The translations under genes were made by a program, and so were the position numbers. A DNA stretch of 64,000 bases from Centroscyllium fabricii (lineage: Eukaryota): positions 14,756,001-14,820,000 of the forward strand of contig JBNRSN020000028.1 in assembly GCA_051313645.2 (NCBI GenBank). Direction: 5' to 3'. Each line of letters begins with the position of its first letter. The first letter of the stretch is position 1. Shown here piece by piece: positions 12,501 through 25,901 of the stretch. The notes under the pieces were generated by a model that did not search any database, was not told where the DNA came from, and saw only the letters and a list, made by a program, of their open reading frames with translations.

Positions 12501-15500
12501 TTGTCAGTGTGTCTTGTAATAGCAGGGGTCCGTGTTGAGGAGGGGATTGAGTTTGTTGTCAGTGTGTCTTGTATTAGAGGAGTCCGAGGTGAGATGGGGA
12601 TTCAGTGTGTTGTCAGTGTGTCTTGTATTAGCAGGAGTGCGTGTTAAGGAGGGGATTGAGTGTGTTGCCAGTGGGTCTTGTATTAGCAGGGTCCGTGGTG
12701 AGGAGGGGATTGAGTGTGTTGTCAGTGTGTCTTGTATCAGCAGGTGTCCGTGGTGAGGAAGGGATTGAGCGTGTTGTCAGTGTGTCTTGTAGTAGTTGGA
12801 GTCCGTGTTGAGGAGGGGATTGAGTGTGTTGCCAGTGTGTCTTGTATCAGCAGGAGTCCGTGGTGAGGAGGGGATTGAGTGTGTTGTCAGTGTGTCTTGT
12901 ATTAGCAGGAGTCCGGGGTGTGATGAGAATTGAGTGTGTTGTTGTGGGTCTTGTATTAGCAGGGTCCGTGGTGAGGAGGGGATTGAGTGTGTTGTCAGTG
13001 TGTCTTGTATCAGCAGGAGTCCGTGGTGAGGAGGGAATTGAGCGTGTTGTCAGTGTGTCTTGTATTAGCAGGAGTCCGTGTTAAGGAGGGGATTGAGTGT
13101 GTTGCCAGTGGGTCTTCTATTAGCAGGGTCCGTGGTGAGGAGGGGACTGAGTGTGTTGTCAGTGTGTCTTGTATTAGCAGGAATCCGTGGTGAGGAGGTG
13201 ATTGAGTGTGTTGTCAGTGTGTCTTGTATTAGGAGGGTCCGTGGTGAGGAGGGGATTGAGTGTGTTGTCAGTGTGTCTTGTATTAGCAGAGTCCGTGGTG
13301 AGTTGGGGATTGAGTGTGTTGTCAGTGTGTCTTCTATTAGCAGGAGTCCATGGTGAGGAGGGGATTGAGTGTGTTGTCATTGGGTCTTGTATTAGCAGGG
13401 TCCGTGGTGAGGAGCGAATTGAGTGTGTTGTAAGTGTGTCTTGTATTAGCAGGAGTCCGTGGTGAGGAGGAGATTGAGTGTGTTGTCAGTGTGTCTTGTA
13501 TTAGCAGGAGTCCGTGGCGAGGAGGGGATTAAGTGTGTTGTCAGTGTGTCTTGTATTAGCAGGAGTCTGTGGTTAGGAGGGGATTGAGTGTGTTGTCAGT
13601 GTGTCTTGTATTAGCAGGGGTCCGTGGTGAGGAGGGGATTGAGTGTGTTGTCAGTGTGTCTTGTATCAGCAGGGTCCGTGGTGAGGAGGGGATTGAGTGT
13701 GTTGTCAGTGTGTCTTCTATTAGCAGGAGTCCGTGGTGAGGAGGAGATTGAGTGTGTTCTCAGTGTGTCTTGTATTAGCAGGGGTCCGTGTTGAGGAGGG
13801 AATTGAGTTTGTTGTCAGTGTGTCTTGTATTAGCAGGAGTCCGTGTTGAGGAGGGGATTGAGTGTGTTGTCAGTGTGTCTTGTATTAGAGGAGTCCGTGG
13901 TGAGATGGGGATTGAGTGTGTTGTCAGTGTGTCTTGTATTAGCAGGAGTCCGTGTTAAGGAGGGGATTGAGTGTGTTGCCAGTGGGTCTTGTATTAGCAG
14001 GGTCCGTGGTGAGGAGGGGATTGAGTGTGTTGTCAGTGTGTCTTGTATCAGCAGGTGTCCGTGGTGTGGAAGGGATTGAGTGTGTTGTAAGTGTGTCTTG
14101 TAGTAGCAGGAGTCCGTGGTGAGGAGGGGATTGAGCGTGTTGTCAGTGTGTCTTGTATTAGCAGGAGTCCGTGTTGAGGAGGGGATTGAGTGTGTTGCCG
14201 GTGTGTCTTGTATCAGCAGGAGTCCGTGGTGAGGAGGGGATTGAGTGTGTTGTCAGTGTGTCTTGTATTAGCAGGAGTCCGTGGTGAGATGAGGATTGAG
14301 TGTGTTGCCAGTGGGTCTTGTATTTGCAGGGCCCGTGGTGAGGAGGGGATTGAGTGTGTTGTCAGTGTGTCTTGTATCAGCAGGAGTCCGTGGTGAGGAG
14401 GGGATTGAGCGTGTTGTCAGTGTGTCTTGTATTAGCAGGAGTCCGTGGTGAGGAGGAGATTGAGTGTGTTGTCAGTATGTCTTGTATTAGCAGGAGTCCG
14501 TGGTTAGGAGGGGATTGAGTGTGTTGTCAGTGTGTCTTTTATTAGCAGGGGTCCGTGGTGAGGAGGGGATTGAGTGTGTTGTCTGTGTGTCTTCTATCAG
14601 CAGGGCCCGTGGTGAGGAGGAGATTGAGTGTGCTGTCAGTGTGTCTTGTATTAGCAGGAGTCCGTGGTGAGGAGGAGATTGAGTGTGTTGTCAGTGTGTC
14701 TTGTATTAGCAGGGGTCCGTGTTGAGGAGGGGATTGAGTTTCTTGTCAGTGTGTCTTGTATTAGCAGGAGTCTGTGTTGAGGAGGGGATTGAGTGTGTTG
14801 TCAGTGTGTCTTGTATTAGAGGAGTCCGAGGTGAGATGGGGATTCAGTGTGTTGTCAGTGTGTCTTGTATTAGCAGGAGTCCGTGTTAAGGAGGGGATTG
14901 AGTGTGTTGCCACTGGGTCTTGTATTAGCAGGGTCCGTGGTGAGGAGAGGATTGAGTGTGTTGTCAGTGTGTCTTGTATCAGCAGGTGTCCGTGGTGAGG
15001 AAGGGATTGAGTGTGTTGTCAGTGTGTCTTGTAGTAGCAGGAGTCCGTGTTGAGGAGGGGATTGAGTGTGTTGCCAGTGTGTCTTGTATCAGCAGGAGTC
15101 CGTGGTGAGATGAGGATTGAGTGTGTTGTTGTGGGTCTTGTATTAGCAGGGTCCGTGGTGAGGAGGGGATTGAGTGTGTTGTCAGTGTGTCTTGTATCAG
15201 CAGGAGTCCGTGGTGAGGAGGGAATTGAGCGTGTTGTCAGTGTGTCTTGTATTAGCAGGAGTCCGTGGTGAGATGAGGATTGAGTGTGTTGTTGTGGGTC
15301 TTGTATTTGCAGGGTCCGTGGTGAGGAGGGGATTGAGAGTGTTGTCAGTGTGTCTTCTGTCAGCAGGAGTCCGTGGTGAGGAGGGAATTGAGCGTGTTGT
15401 CAGTGTGTCTTGTATTAGCAGGAGTCCGTGTTAAGGAGGGGATTGAGTGTGTTGCCAGTGGGTCTTGTATTAGCAGCGTCCGTGGTGAGGAGGGGATTGA

Positions 15501-18500
15501 GTGTGTTGTCCGTGGGTCTTGTATTAGCAGGGATCCGTGGTGAGGAGGTGATTGAGTGTGTTGTCAGTGTGTCTTGTATTAGCAGGGATCCGTGGTGAGG
15601 AGGTGATTGAGTGTGTTGTCAGTGTGTCTTGTATTAGCAGGATCCGTGGTGAGGAGGGGATTGAGTGTGTTGTCAGTGTGTCTTGTATTAGCAGGGTCCG
15701 TGGTGAGGAGGGTATTGAGTGTGTTGTCAGTGTGTCTTGTATTAGCAGGGCCCGTGGTGAGTTGGGGATTGAGTGTGTTGTCAATGTGTCTTCTATTAGC
15801 AGGAGTCCATGGTGAGGAGGGGATTGAGTGTGTTGTCATTAGGTCTTGTATCAGCAGGGTCCGTGGTGAGGAGCGAATTGAGTGTGTTGTAAATGTGTCT
15901 TGTATTAGCAGGAGTCCGTGGTGAGGAGGAGATTGAGTGTTTTGTCAGTGTGCCTTGTATTAGCAGGAGTCCGTGGCGAGGAGGGGATTAAGTGTGTTGT
16001 CAGTGTGTCTTGTATTAGCAGGAGTCCGTTGTTAGGAGGGGATTGAGTGTGTTGTCAGTGTGCCTTGTATTAGCAGGGGTCCGTGGTGAGGAGGGGATTG
16101 AGTGTGTTGTCAGTATGTCTTGAATTAGCGGGGTCCGTGGTGAGGAGGTGATTGAGTGTGTTGTCAGTGTGTCGTGTATTTGCAGGGTCCGTGGTGAGGA
16201 AGCGATTGAGTGTGTTGTCAGTGTGTCTTGAATTAGCAGGAGTCCGTGGTGAGGAGGGGATTGAGTGTGTTGTCAGTGTGTCTTGCATTAGCAGGGGTCC
16301 GTGGTGAGGAGGGGATTGAGCGTGTTGTCAGTGTGTCTTATATTGGCAGGAGTCCGTGGTGAGGAGGGGATTGAGTGTGTTGTCAGTGTGTCTTGTATTA
16401 GCAGTGGTCCGTGGTGAGGAGAGGATTGAGTGTGTTGTCAGTGTGTCTTGTATTAGCAGGAGTCCGTGGTGAGCAGGGGTTTGAGTGTGTTGTCAGTGTG
16501 TCTTGTATCAGCAGGGTCCGTGGTGAGGAGGGTATTGAGTGTGTTGTCAGTGTGTCTTGTATTAGCAGGGTCCGTGGTGAGGAGGCGATTGAGTGTGTTG
16601 TCAGTGTGTCTTGTATTAGCAGGGGTCCGTGGTGAGGAGGCGATTGAGTGTGTTGTCAGTGTGTCTTGTATTAGCAGGGGTCCGTGGTGAGGAGGTGATT
16701 GAGTGTGTTGTCAGTGTGTCTTGTATTAGCAGGGTCCGTGGTTAGATGGGGATTGAGTGCGTTGTCAGTGTGTCTTGTATTAGCAGGGTCCGTGGTGAGG
16801 ACGGGTTTGATTGTGTTGTCAGTGTGTCTTGTATTAGCAGGGTCCGTGGTGAGGAGGGTATTGAGTGTTCTGTCAGTGTGTCTTGTATTAGCAGTGTCCG
16901 TGGTGAGATGGGGATTGAGTGTGTTGTCAGTGTGTCTTCTATTAGCAGGAGTCCATGGTGAGGAGGAGATTGAGTGTGTTGCCAGTGGGTCTTTTATTAG
17001 CAGGGTCCGTGGTGAGGAGATGATTGAGTGTGTTGCCAGTGGGTCTTGTATTAGCAGGGGTCCGTGGTGAGGAGCGGATTGAGTGTGTTGTAAGTGTGTC
17101 TTGTATTAGCAGGAGTCCGTGGTGAGGAGGAGATTGAGTGTGTTGTCAGTGTGTCTTGTATTAGCAGGAGTCCCTGGTGAGGAGGGGATTGAATGTGTTG
17201 TCAGTGTGTCTTGTATTAGCAGGAGTCCTTGGTGAGGAGGGGATTGAGTGTGTTGTCAGTGTGTCTTGCATTAGCAGGGGTCCGTGGTGAGGAGGGGATT
17301 GAGCGTGTTGTCAGTGTCTCTCATATTGGCAGGAGTCCGTGGTGAGGAGGGGATTGAGTGTGTTGTCAGTGTGTCTTGTATTAGCAGTGGTCCGTGGTGA
17401 GGAGAGGATTGAGTGTGTTGTCAGTGTGTCTTGTATTAGCAGGAGTCCGTGGTGAGCAGGGGTTTGAGTGTGTTGTCAGTGTGTCTTGTATCAGCAGGGT
17501 CCGTGGTGAGTAGGGGATTGAGTGTGTTGTCAGTGTGTCTTGTATTAGCAGGGTCCGTGGTGAGGAGGCGATTGAGTGTGTTGTCAGTGTGTCTTGTATT
17601 AGCAGGGGTCCGTGGTGAGGAGGTGTTTGAGTGTGTTGTCAGTGTGTCTTGTATTAGCAGGGTCCGTGGTTAGATGGGGATTGAGTGCGTTGTCAGTGTG
17701 TCTTGTATTAGCAGGGTCCGTGGTGAGGACGGGTTTGATTGTGTTGTCAGTGTGTCTTGTATTAGCAGGGTCCGTGGTGAGGAGGGTATTGAGTGTGCTG
17801 TCAGTGTGTCTTGTATTAGCAGTGTCCGTGGTGAGATGGGGATTGAGTGTGTTGTCAGTGTGTCTTCTATTAGCAGGAGTCCATGGTGAGGAGGAGATTG
17901 AGTGTGTTGCCAGTGGGTCTTGTATTAGCAGGGTCCGTGGTGAGGAGATGATTGAGTGTGTTGCCAGTGGGTCTTGTATTAGCAGGGGTCCGTGGTGAGG
18001 AGCGGATTGAGTGTGTTGTAAGTGTGTCTTGTATTAGCAGGAGTCCGTGGTGAGGAGGAGATTGAATGTGTTGTCAGTATGTCTTGTATTAGCAGGAGTT
18101 CGTGGTTAGGAGGGGATTGATTGTGTTGTCAGGGTGTCTTGTATTAGCAGGGGTCCGTGGTGAGGAGGGGATTGAGTGTGTTGTCAGTGTGTCTTGTGTC
18201 AGCAGGGTCCGTGGTGAGGAGGAGATTGAGTGTGTTGTCAGTGTGTCTTGTATTAGCAGGAGTCCGTGGTGAGGAGGAGATTGAGTGTGTTGTCAGTGTG
18301 TCTTGTAATAGCAGGGGTCCGTGTTGAGGAGGGGATTGAGTTTGTTGTCAGTGTGTCTTGTATTAGAGGAGTCCAAGGTGAGATGGGGATTCAGTGTGTT
18401 GTCAGTGTGTCTTGTATTAGCAGGAGTGCGTGTTAAGGAGGGGATTGAGTGTGTTGCCAGTGGGTCTTGTATTAGCAGGGTCCGTGGTGAGGAGGGGATT

Positions 18501-21500
18501 GAGTGTGTTGTCAGTGTGTCTTGTATCAGCAGGTGTCCGTGGTGAGGAAGGGATTGAGCGTGTTGTCAGTGTGTCTTGTAGTAGCAGGAGTCCGTGTTGA
18601 GGAGGGGATTGAGTGTGTTGCCAGTGTGTCTTGTATCAGCAGGAGTCCGTGGTGAGGAGGGGATTGAGTGTGTTGTCAGTGTGTCTTGTATTAGCAGGAG
18701 TCCGTGGTGTGATGAGAATTGAGTGTGTTGTTGTGGGTCTTGTATTAGCAGGGTCCGTGGTGAGGAGGGGATTGAGTGTGTTGTCAGTGTGTCTTGTATC
18801 AGCAGGAGTCCGTGGTGAGGAGGGAATTGAGCGTGTTGTCAGTGTGTCTTGTATTAGCAGGAGTCCGTGTTAAGGAGGGGATTGAGTGTGTTGCCAGTGG
18901 GTCTTCTATTAGCAGGGTCCGTGGTGAGGAGGGGACTGAGTGTGTTGTCAGTGTGTCTTGTATTAGCAGGAATCCGTGGTGAGGAGGTGATTGAGTGTGT
19001 TGTCAGTGTGTCTTGTATTAGGAGGGTCCGTGGTGAGGAGGGGATTGAGTGTGTTGTCAGTGTGTCTTGTATTAGCAGAGTCCGTGGTGAGTTGGGGATT
19101 GAGTGTGTTGTCAGTGTGTCTTCTATTAGCAGGAGTCCATGGTGAGGAGGGGATTGAGTGTGTTGTCATTGGGTCTTGTATTAGCAGGGTCCGTGGTGAG
19201 GAGCGAATTGAGTGTGTTGTAAGTGTGTCTTGTATTAGCAGGAGTCCGTGGTGAGGAGGAGATTGAGTGTGTTGTCAGTGTGTCTTGTATTAGCAGGAGT
19301 CCGTGGCGAGGAGGGGATTAAGTGTGTTGTCAGTGTGTCTTGTATTAGCAGGAGTCCGTGGTTAGGAGGGGATTGAGTGTGTTGTCAGTGTGTCTTGTAT
19401 TAGCAGGGGTCCGTGGTGAGGAGGGGATTGAGTGTGTTGTCAGTGTGTCTTGTATCAGCAGGGTCCGTGGTGAGGAGGGGATTGAGTGTGTTGTCAGTGT
19501 GTCTTCTATTAGCAGGAGTCCGTGGTGAGGAGGAGATTGAGTGTGTTCTCAGTGTGTCTTGTATTAGCAGGGGTCCGTGTTGAGGAGGGAATTGAGTTTG
19601 TTGTCAGTGTGTCTTGTATTAGCAGGAGTCCGTGTTGAGGAGGGGATTGAGTGTGTTGTCAGTGTGTCTTGTATTAGAGGAGTCCGTGGTGAGATGGGGA
19701 TTGAGTGTGTTGTCAGTGTGTCTTGTATTAGCAGGAGTCCGTGTTAAGGAGGGGATTGAGTGTGTTGCCAGTGGGTCTTGTATTAGCAGGGTCCGTGGTG
19801 AGGAGGGGATTGAGTGTGTTGTCAGTGTGTCTTGTATCAGCAGGTGTCCGTGGTGTGGAAGGGATTGAGTGTGTTGTAAGTGTGTCTTGTAGTAGCAGGA
19901 GTCCGTGGTGAGGAGGGGATTGAGCGTGTTGTCAGTGTGTCTTGTATTAGCAGGAGTCCGTGTTGAGGAGGGGATTGAGTGTGTTGCCAGTGTGTCTTGT
20001 ATCAGCAGGAGTCCGTGGTGAGGAGGGGATTGAGTGTGTTGTCAGTGTGTCTTGTATTAGCAGGAGTCCGTGGTGAGATGAGGATTGAGTGTGTTGCCAG
20101 TGGGTCTTGTATTTGCAGGGCCCGTGGTGAGGAGGGGATTGAGTGTGTTGTCAGTGTGTCTTGTATCAGCAGGAGTCCGTGGTGAGGAGGGGATTGAGCG
20201 TGTTGTCAGTGTGTCTTGTATTAGCAGGAGTCCGTGGTGAGGAGGGGATTGAGTGTGTTGTCAGTGTGTCTTGTATTAGAAGGAGTCCGTGGTAAGGATG
20301 GGGTTGAGTGTGCTGTCAGTGTGTCTTGTATTAGCAGGGGTCCGTGGTGAGGAGGGGATTGAGGGTGTTGTCAGTGTGTCTTGTATTAGCAGGAGTCCGT
20401 GGTGAGGAGGGGATTGAATGTGTTGTCAGTGTGTCTTGTATTAGCAGGAGTCCGTGGCGAGGAGGGGATTAAGTGTGTTGTCAGTGTGTCTTGTATTAGC
20501 AGGAGTCCGTGGTTAGGAGGGGATTGAGTGTGTTGTCAGTGTGTCTTGTATTAGCAGGGGTCCGTGGTGAGGAGGGGATTGAGTGTGTTGTCAGTGTGTC
20601 TTGTATTAGCAGGAGTCGGTTGTGAGGAGGGGATTGAGTGTGTTGTCAGTGTGTCTTGTATTAGCAGGAGTCCGTGGCGAGGAGGGGATTAAGTGTGTTG
20701 TCAGTGTGTCTTGTATTCGCAGGAGTCCGTGGTGAGGAGGGGATTGAGTGTGTTGTCAGTGTGTCTTGTGTCAGCAGGGTCCGTGGTGAGGAGGAGATTG
20801 AGTGTGTTGTCAGTGTGTCTTGTATTAGCAGGAGTCCGTGGTGAGGAGGGGATTGAGTGTGTTGTCAGTGTGTCTTGTATTAGCAGGGGTCCGTGTTGAG
20901 GAGGGGTTTGGGTGTGTTGTCAGTGTGTCTTGTATTAGCAGGGTCCGTGGTGAGGAGGGGATTGAGTGTGTTGTCAGTGTGTTTTGTATCAGCAGGTGTC
21001 CGTGGTGAGGAAAGGATTGAGTGTGTTGTCAGTGTGTCTTGTATTAGCAGGAGTCCGTGTTGAGGAGGGGATTGAGTGTGTTGCCAGTGGGTTTTGGATT
21101 AGCAGGGTCCTTGGTGAGGAGGGGATTGAGTGTGTTGTCAGTGTGTCTTGTATCAGCAGGAGTCCGTGGTGAGGAGGGGATTGAGCGTGTTGTCAGTGTG
21201 TCTTGTATTAGCAGGAGTCCGTGGTGAGGAGGGGATTGAGTGTGTTGTCAGTGTGTCTTGTATTAGCAGGAGTCCGTGGTAAGGAGGGGATTGAGGGTGT
21301 TGTCAGTGTGTCTTGTATTAGCAGGAGTCCGTGGTGAGGAGGGGATTGAGTGGTGTTTTCAGTGTGTCTTGTATTAGCAGGAGCCGTGGTGAGGAGGCGA
21401 TTGAGTGTGTTCCCAGTGTGTCTTGTATCAGCAGGTGTCCATGGTGAGGACGGGATTGAGGGGGATGTCAGTGTGTCTTGTATTAGCAGGGTCTGTGTTG

Positions 21501-22876
21501 AGGAGGGGATTGAGCGTGTTGTCAGTGTGTCTTGTATTAGCAGGGTCCGTGGTGAGGAGGGGATTGAGTGTGTTGTCAGTGTGTCTTGTATTAGCAGGAG
21601 TCCGTGGTGAGCAGGGGATTGAGTGTGTTGTCAGTGTGTCTTGTATCAGCAGGGTCCGTGGTGAGGAGGGTATTGAGTGTGTTGTCAGTGTGTCTTGTAT
21701 TAGCAGGGTCCGTGGTGAGGAGGGGATTGAGTGTGTTGCTAGTGGGTCTTGTATTAGCAGGTGTCCGTGGTGAGGAGGGGATTGAGTGTTTTGTCAGTGT
21801 GTCTTGTATTAGCAGGAGTCCGTGGTGAGGAGGGGATTGAGTGTGTTGTCAGTGTGTCTTGTATTAGCAGGAGTCCGTGGTGAGGAGGGGATTGAGTGTG
21901 TTGTCAGTGTGTCTTGTATTAGCAGGGTCCGTGGTGAGGAGGAGATTGAGTGTGTTGTCAGTGTGTCTTGTATTAGCAGGAGTCCGTGGTGAGATGGGGA
22001 TTGAGGGTGTTGTCAGTGTGTCTTGTATTAGCAGGAGTCCGTGGTGAGGAGGGGATTGAGTGTGTTGCCAGTGGGTCTTGTATTAGCAGTGTCGGTGGTG
22101 AGGAAGGGATTGAGTGTGTTGCCAGTGTGTCTTGTATTAGCAGGAGTCCGTGGTGAGGAGGGGATTGAGGGTGTTGTCAGTGTGTCTTGTATTAGCAGGA
22201 GTCCGTGTTGAGTAGGGGATTGAGTGTGTTGCCAGTGGGTCTTGTATTAGCAGTGTCGGTGGTGAGGAAGGGATTGAGTGTGTTGCCAGTGTGTCTTGTA
22301 TTAGCAGGAGTCCGTGGTGAGGAGGAGATTGAGTGTGTTGTCAGTGTGTCTTGTATCAGCAGGAGTCCATGTTGTGGAAGGGATTGAGTGTGTTGCCAGT
22401 GTGTCTTGTATTAGCAGGAGTCCGTGGTGAGGAGGGGATTCAGCGTGTTGTCAGTGTGTCTTGTATTAGCAGGAGTCCGTGTTGAGGAGGGGATTGAGTG
22501 TGTTGTCAGTGTGTCTTGTATTAGCAGGGTCCGTGTTGAGGAGGGGATTGAGTGTGTTGTCAGTGTGTCTTGTATTAGCAGGAGTCCGTGGTGAGGAGGG
22601 GATTGAATGTGTTGTCAGTGTGTCTTGTATTAGCAGGGTCCGTGGTGAGGAGTGGATTGAGTGTGTTGTCAGTGTGTCTTGTATCAGCAGGAGTCCGTGT
22701 TGAGGAGGGGATTGAGTGTGTTGCCAGTGTGTCTTGTATTAGCAGGAGTCCGTGGTGAGGAGGGGATTGAGTGTGTTGTCACTGTGTCTTGTATTAGCAG
22801 GAGACCGTGGTGAGGAGGGCATTGAGTGTGTTGTCAGTGTGTCTTGTATTAGCAGTGTCCGTGGTGAGGAGGGGAT
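6570..22876. repeat. 54/55-bp tandem satellite, main block (~295 units) with higher-order structure
   Basis: Same unit as 1-2600; variant patterns recur at a 5789-bp offset (8985/14774, 10622/16411, 14190/19979) and a 928-bp offset (10957/11885). Confidence 0.98.
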
Positions 22877-23178
22877 TTCCCCAAACCGAGCAGGTGACGG
22901 CGGCGGAGGGACAATCGGTTCAAATCCGGTGCGATGCGACCACCAGGAGCAGTGAATGATTTTGTGGTACCGTCAATTACCGGGCCGGGCACCGCAATTC
23001 ACAATCTCCGCCTATCAGTAATACAGCCGACGGGAGCGGGGGGTTCAAGTTATTCGTTGACAGAAGGAGGAGTTATAACAGTTTCGGTGTGCGGGAAACC
23101 GCGGCTCCAGACTCCAGGGGTGTTGCTGTGCGAATACGGACACTGGGGCAAAGGGTGAGAAATCCTGTACAGTAAACC
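22856..23178 (+). pseudogene. TCR V pseudogene (TRAV-like) whose exon start is the last satellite unit
   Basis: With frameshifts reads VRGEEGIS-QTEQVTAAEGQSVQIRC...WYRQLPGRAPQF..SAYQ*..FKLFVDRRRSYNSF..APDS; degenerate RSS cactggg (23141) ... acagtaaacc. Confidence 0.8.
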
Positions 23179-23747
23179 TCGTCTATCTCAGTCATCGAGA
23201 TCCGGGCTTCTAACTTCACCATCTTGAGTCTCCCTTCAGAAAAAAAACATTGAGAATTGCTGTATTGCCATTTAATGTCACCCGACAAAGGACTACAGGG
23301 TTAAAGAAAGGGTTAATGGTGTCGTCACTTTAAATGGACGCACTTAGAGGAATCCCCGAGGTATTGGGTTACCCAGTTACCGGGATTTCACTGGGATACA
23401 TTAACTATCGTGTTATCATATTATTAATTGCTCACTTAGGAAGCTACAAACAGACGTCAAGGCAATTATGGATCGCCAATCAACGCTGGCCTTGCCAGCG
23501 ACGCCAACATCTCGAGAATGAATTTTTTTAAAACTTTATATTGCATTTTATGGCGTTTTCAGTTTAATTATTTTGTGTCGCTTCAAATAAAATAAATGAA
23601 AATGGAAAACTACAATATTTAGCTCAGTGATGGTTTAGTTTCTCCCTGGAGTAAACATACTGTTCACAGTAACATAAATAATAACAAAATACAATTATTT
23701 CAGAGAGTGAATAATTAGTTTGACAAATACGCATTTACCCGAAGCCC

Positions 23748-23761
23748 CCACCAGGTGGCGC
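23748..23761 (+). promoter_or_regulatory. CTCF-binding motif
   Basis: CCACCAGGTGGCGC matches the CTCF core consensus. Confidence 0.7.
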
Positions 23762-24177
23762 GCCTGTCTGTCAGGAGCTTCACATTGAGATAGGGCTTAA
23801 AGGACAATCTAAAATTTCCGTTTCTATTTGTCTTATACAACGAAAGCATTGAGACCCAAGGCCGTACGGACGTCACGGTAACTATAAAGATGATGGATAA
23901 GAGAACGAAATATGAGGTAAATATTAATTTAAAGGAATAAATGTGGAGAAAGATTTAGGGGTTCAGATTGTGAAAGTTTGGAAGAAGCTGATGATTCTCT
24001 AAAATTCTATGATTCTAAGACCACGCTGACTATTTGAGATAGAAATCAGACACAGATCAAATTTTCCTGAACAATTTAATCTGTCGTTACACACAGCGAC
24101 CAGTGGAATTCCTTCCCAGTGACGGTTCAAGGGGTCTCTGGTTTGAGGGACAGCCAATCCCCGAGTGGCACTGTGAA

Positions 24178-24185
24178 TGACGTCA
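24178..24185. promoter_or_regulatory. CRE/ATF palindrome ~180 bp upstream of a V leader
   Basis: TGACGTCA; CRE-like elements are known in TCR V promoters. Confidence 0.45.
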
Positions 24186-24362
24186 GGTGACAACACAGGC
24201 CGATTGGTGAGAATGTCGCCCATCAGTCTCACAGTGCACAGGGTGGAAGTGAAGGTCACCCCTCCCCTCGGCTCTCAACCACTGAAAGTCCGGGAATCGG
24301 CAGCAAGGTCCAGTCTGGAAATCAGACCATGATTGATCCGCCTTTTGTCCATCGTCATCGTC

Positions 24363-24648
24363 ATGAACCGGAACCTCCGCAAAGTCCTGTTCCCAGTTGG
24401 AGCCTTGGTGCTGTTGATGTTATGTGAGTTCATCTATCAGCTCAGACGCCTTGTTTCATTCATCTTTTAATAGCCTGTGGTTGTTGTGTGAGTTTGTTTT
24501 GTTCACAGCCGTTCGATGCGAGGGTCGGACCTCACACGCTGAGCAGGTGGTATCTCGAGAAGGGGAACGGACTGAACTGGACGGCCGGCTCTCCGTTGTT
24601 ACTGGGGATAATGTAGCCTGGTACAGACAAGCTTTGACGGGGTCCTAG
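24363..24648 (+). pseudogene. TCR V pseudogene truncated by CR1
   Basis: Leader 24363-24423 MNRNLRKVLFPVGALVLLML, phase-1 gtgagt..cacag intron, exon from 24509 VRCEGRTSHAEQVVSREGERTELDG(Cys lost)..VAWYRQ, then LINE sequence. Confidence 0.8.
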
Positions 24649-24649
24649 A

Positions 24650-25488
24650 GATTGGAGGTTGGGTGATTGGGCAGAAGCGTGGCAGATGCAGTATAACGTG
24701 GATAAATGCGAGGTCATCCACTTTGCTGTAAAAAACAGAAAGGCAGACTATTATCTGAATGGGAATAGATTGGGAGACGGGGAAGTGCACCAGTCGCTGA
24801 AGGTAAGCATGCAGGTGCAGCAAGCGGTGAAGAAGGCAAATGGCATGTTGGCCTTCATAGCGAGAGGGTTTGAGTACAGGAACAAGGATGTCCCGCTGCA
24901 GTTGTGCAGGGCCTTGGTGAGACCACACCTTGAGTATTGTGTGCAGTTTTGGTCGCCTTATCTAAGGAAGGATGTTCTTGCCATGGAGGAAGTGCAGCGA
25001 AGATTCACCAGACTGATACCTGGGATGGCAGGAATGACGTATGAGGAGAAATTGGGTCGATTGGGTTTATACCTGCTGGAGGTTAGAAGAATGAGAGGGG
25101 ATCTCATTGAAACTTATAAAGTTCTGAGAGGTCTGGACAGACTAAATACAGGAAGAATGTTCCCGATGGTCGGAGATTCCAGAACCAGGGGTCACAGTCT
25201 AAGGATAAGGGGTAGGTCATTTAGGACAGAGATTAGGAGGAATTTCTTCACCCAGAGAGTGGTGAACCTGTGGAATTCTCTACCACAGAATGTAGTTGAG
25301 GCCAAGTCATTAATTATATTCAAGAAGGAGTCAGATATAGTTCTTGGAGCTAAAGGTATCAAGGGATATGGGGAGAAGGCAGGTACGGGATACTGAGTTT
25401 GGATGATCAGCCATGATCTCATTGAATGGAGGAGCAGGCTTGAGGGGCCGAATGGCCGACTCCTGCTCCTATCTTCTATGTTTCTATG
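24650..25488 (+). mobile_element. CR1-type LINE, 5'-truncated
   Basis: ORF2 C-terminus WQMQYNVDKC..LVRPHLEYCVQFWSP..RRMRGDLIE..FFTQRVVNLWNSLP; 3'UTR ending (ttctatgt)n. Confidence 0.95.
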
Positions 25489-25901
25489 ATTAAACTCGGT
25501 CATTTTTTCTGAAGCTGTGTAATCCCTTCATTTCCCTTCATCTCTATTTATTCCCAGTCACTTGCTCAGTGAACCGGAGCAGTTTGGCCACAGACCTCTC
25601 GAGACCCAACCACTGCCCTTTCCACTCCATCAGCTCCGAGTACAGTTGCGTGGCGCCGCACACTCTGGGCCTTTACACAGACTAAAATTCGCTCAGTTTT
25701 GTGTCTGCGGCAGCCCAGCCCACAGTTTCCGTTTGCTGCTCTCGTTCTGACCCGCCTAGCCTGCCCTGTGTTATTGGACAGATTGTTGTCGCTGTCCCCT
25801 GTTCGGCCTTGGTTGGGTCAGCATGGCAGTGGGCGGGCATCTGGAGTTCTGCTCCGACAGAGGGTTTCCCGGACTGCAGAGTTTCAGACTTAGGGAGCAT
25901 C

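Noticed and set aside
1-22876. Dozens of ORFs (VRGEEGIECVVSVSCISR..) and a possible CRISPR-like array
   Set aside because: These are translations of the satellite; the units are contiguous with no unique spacers, and the context is eukaryotic
23870-23890. cggtaactataa resembling an LSU rRNA or homing-endonuclease site
   Set aside because: Only about 11 nt match and there is no flanking rRNA similarity
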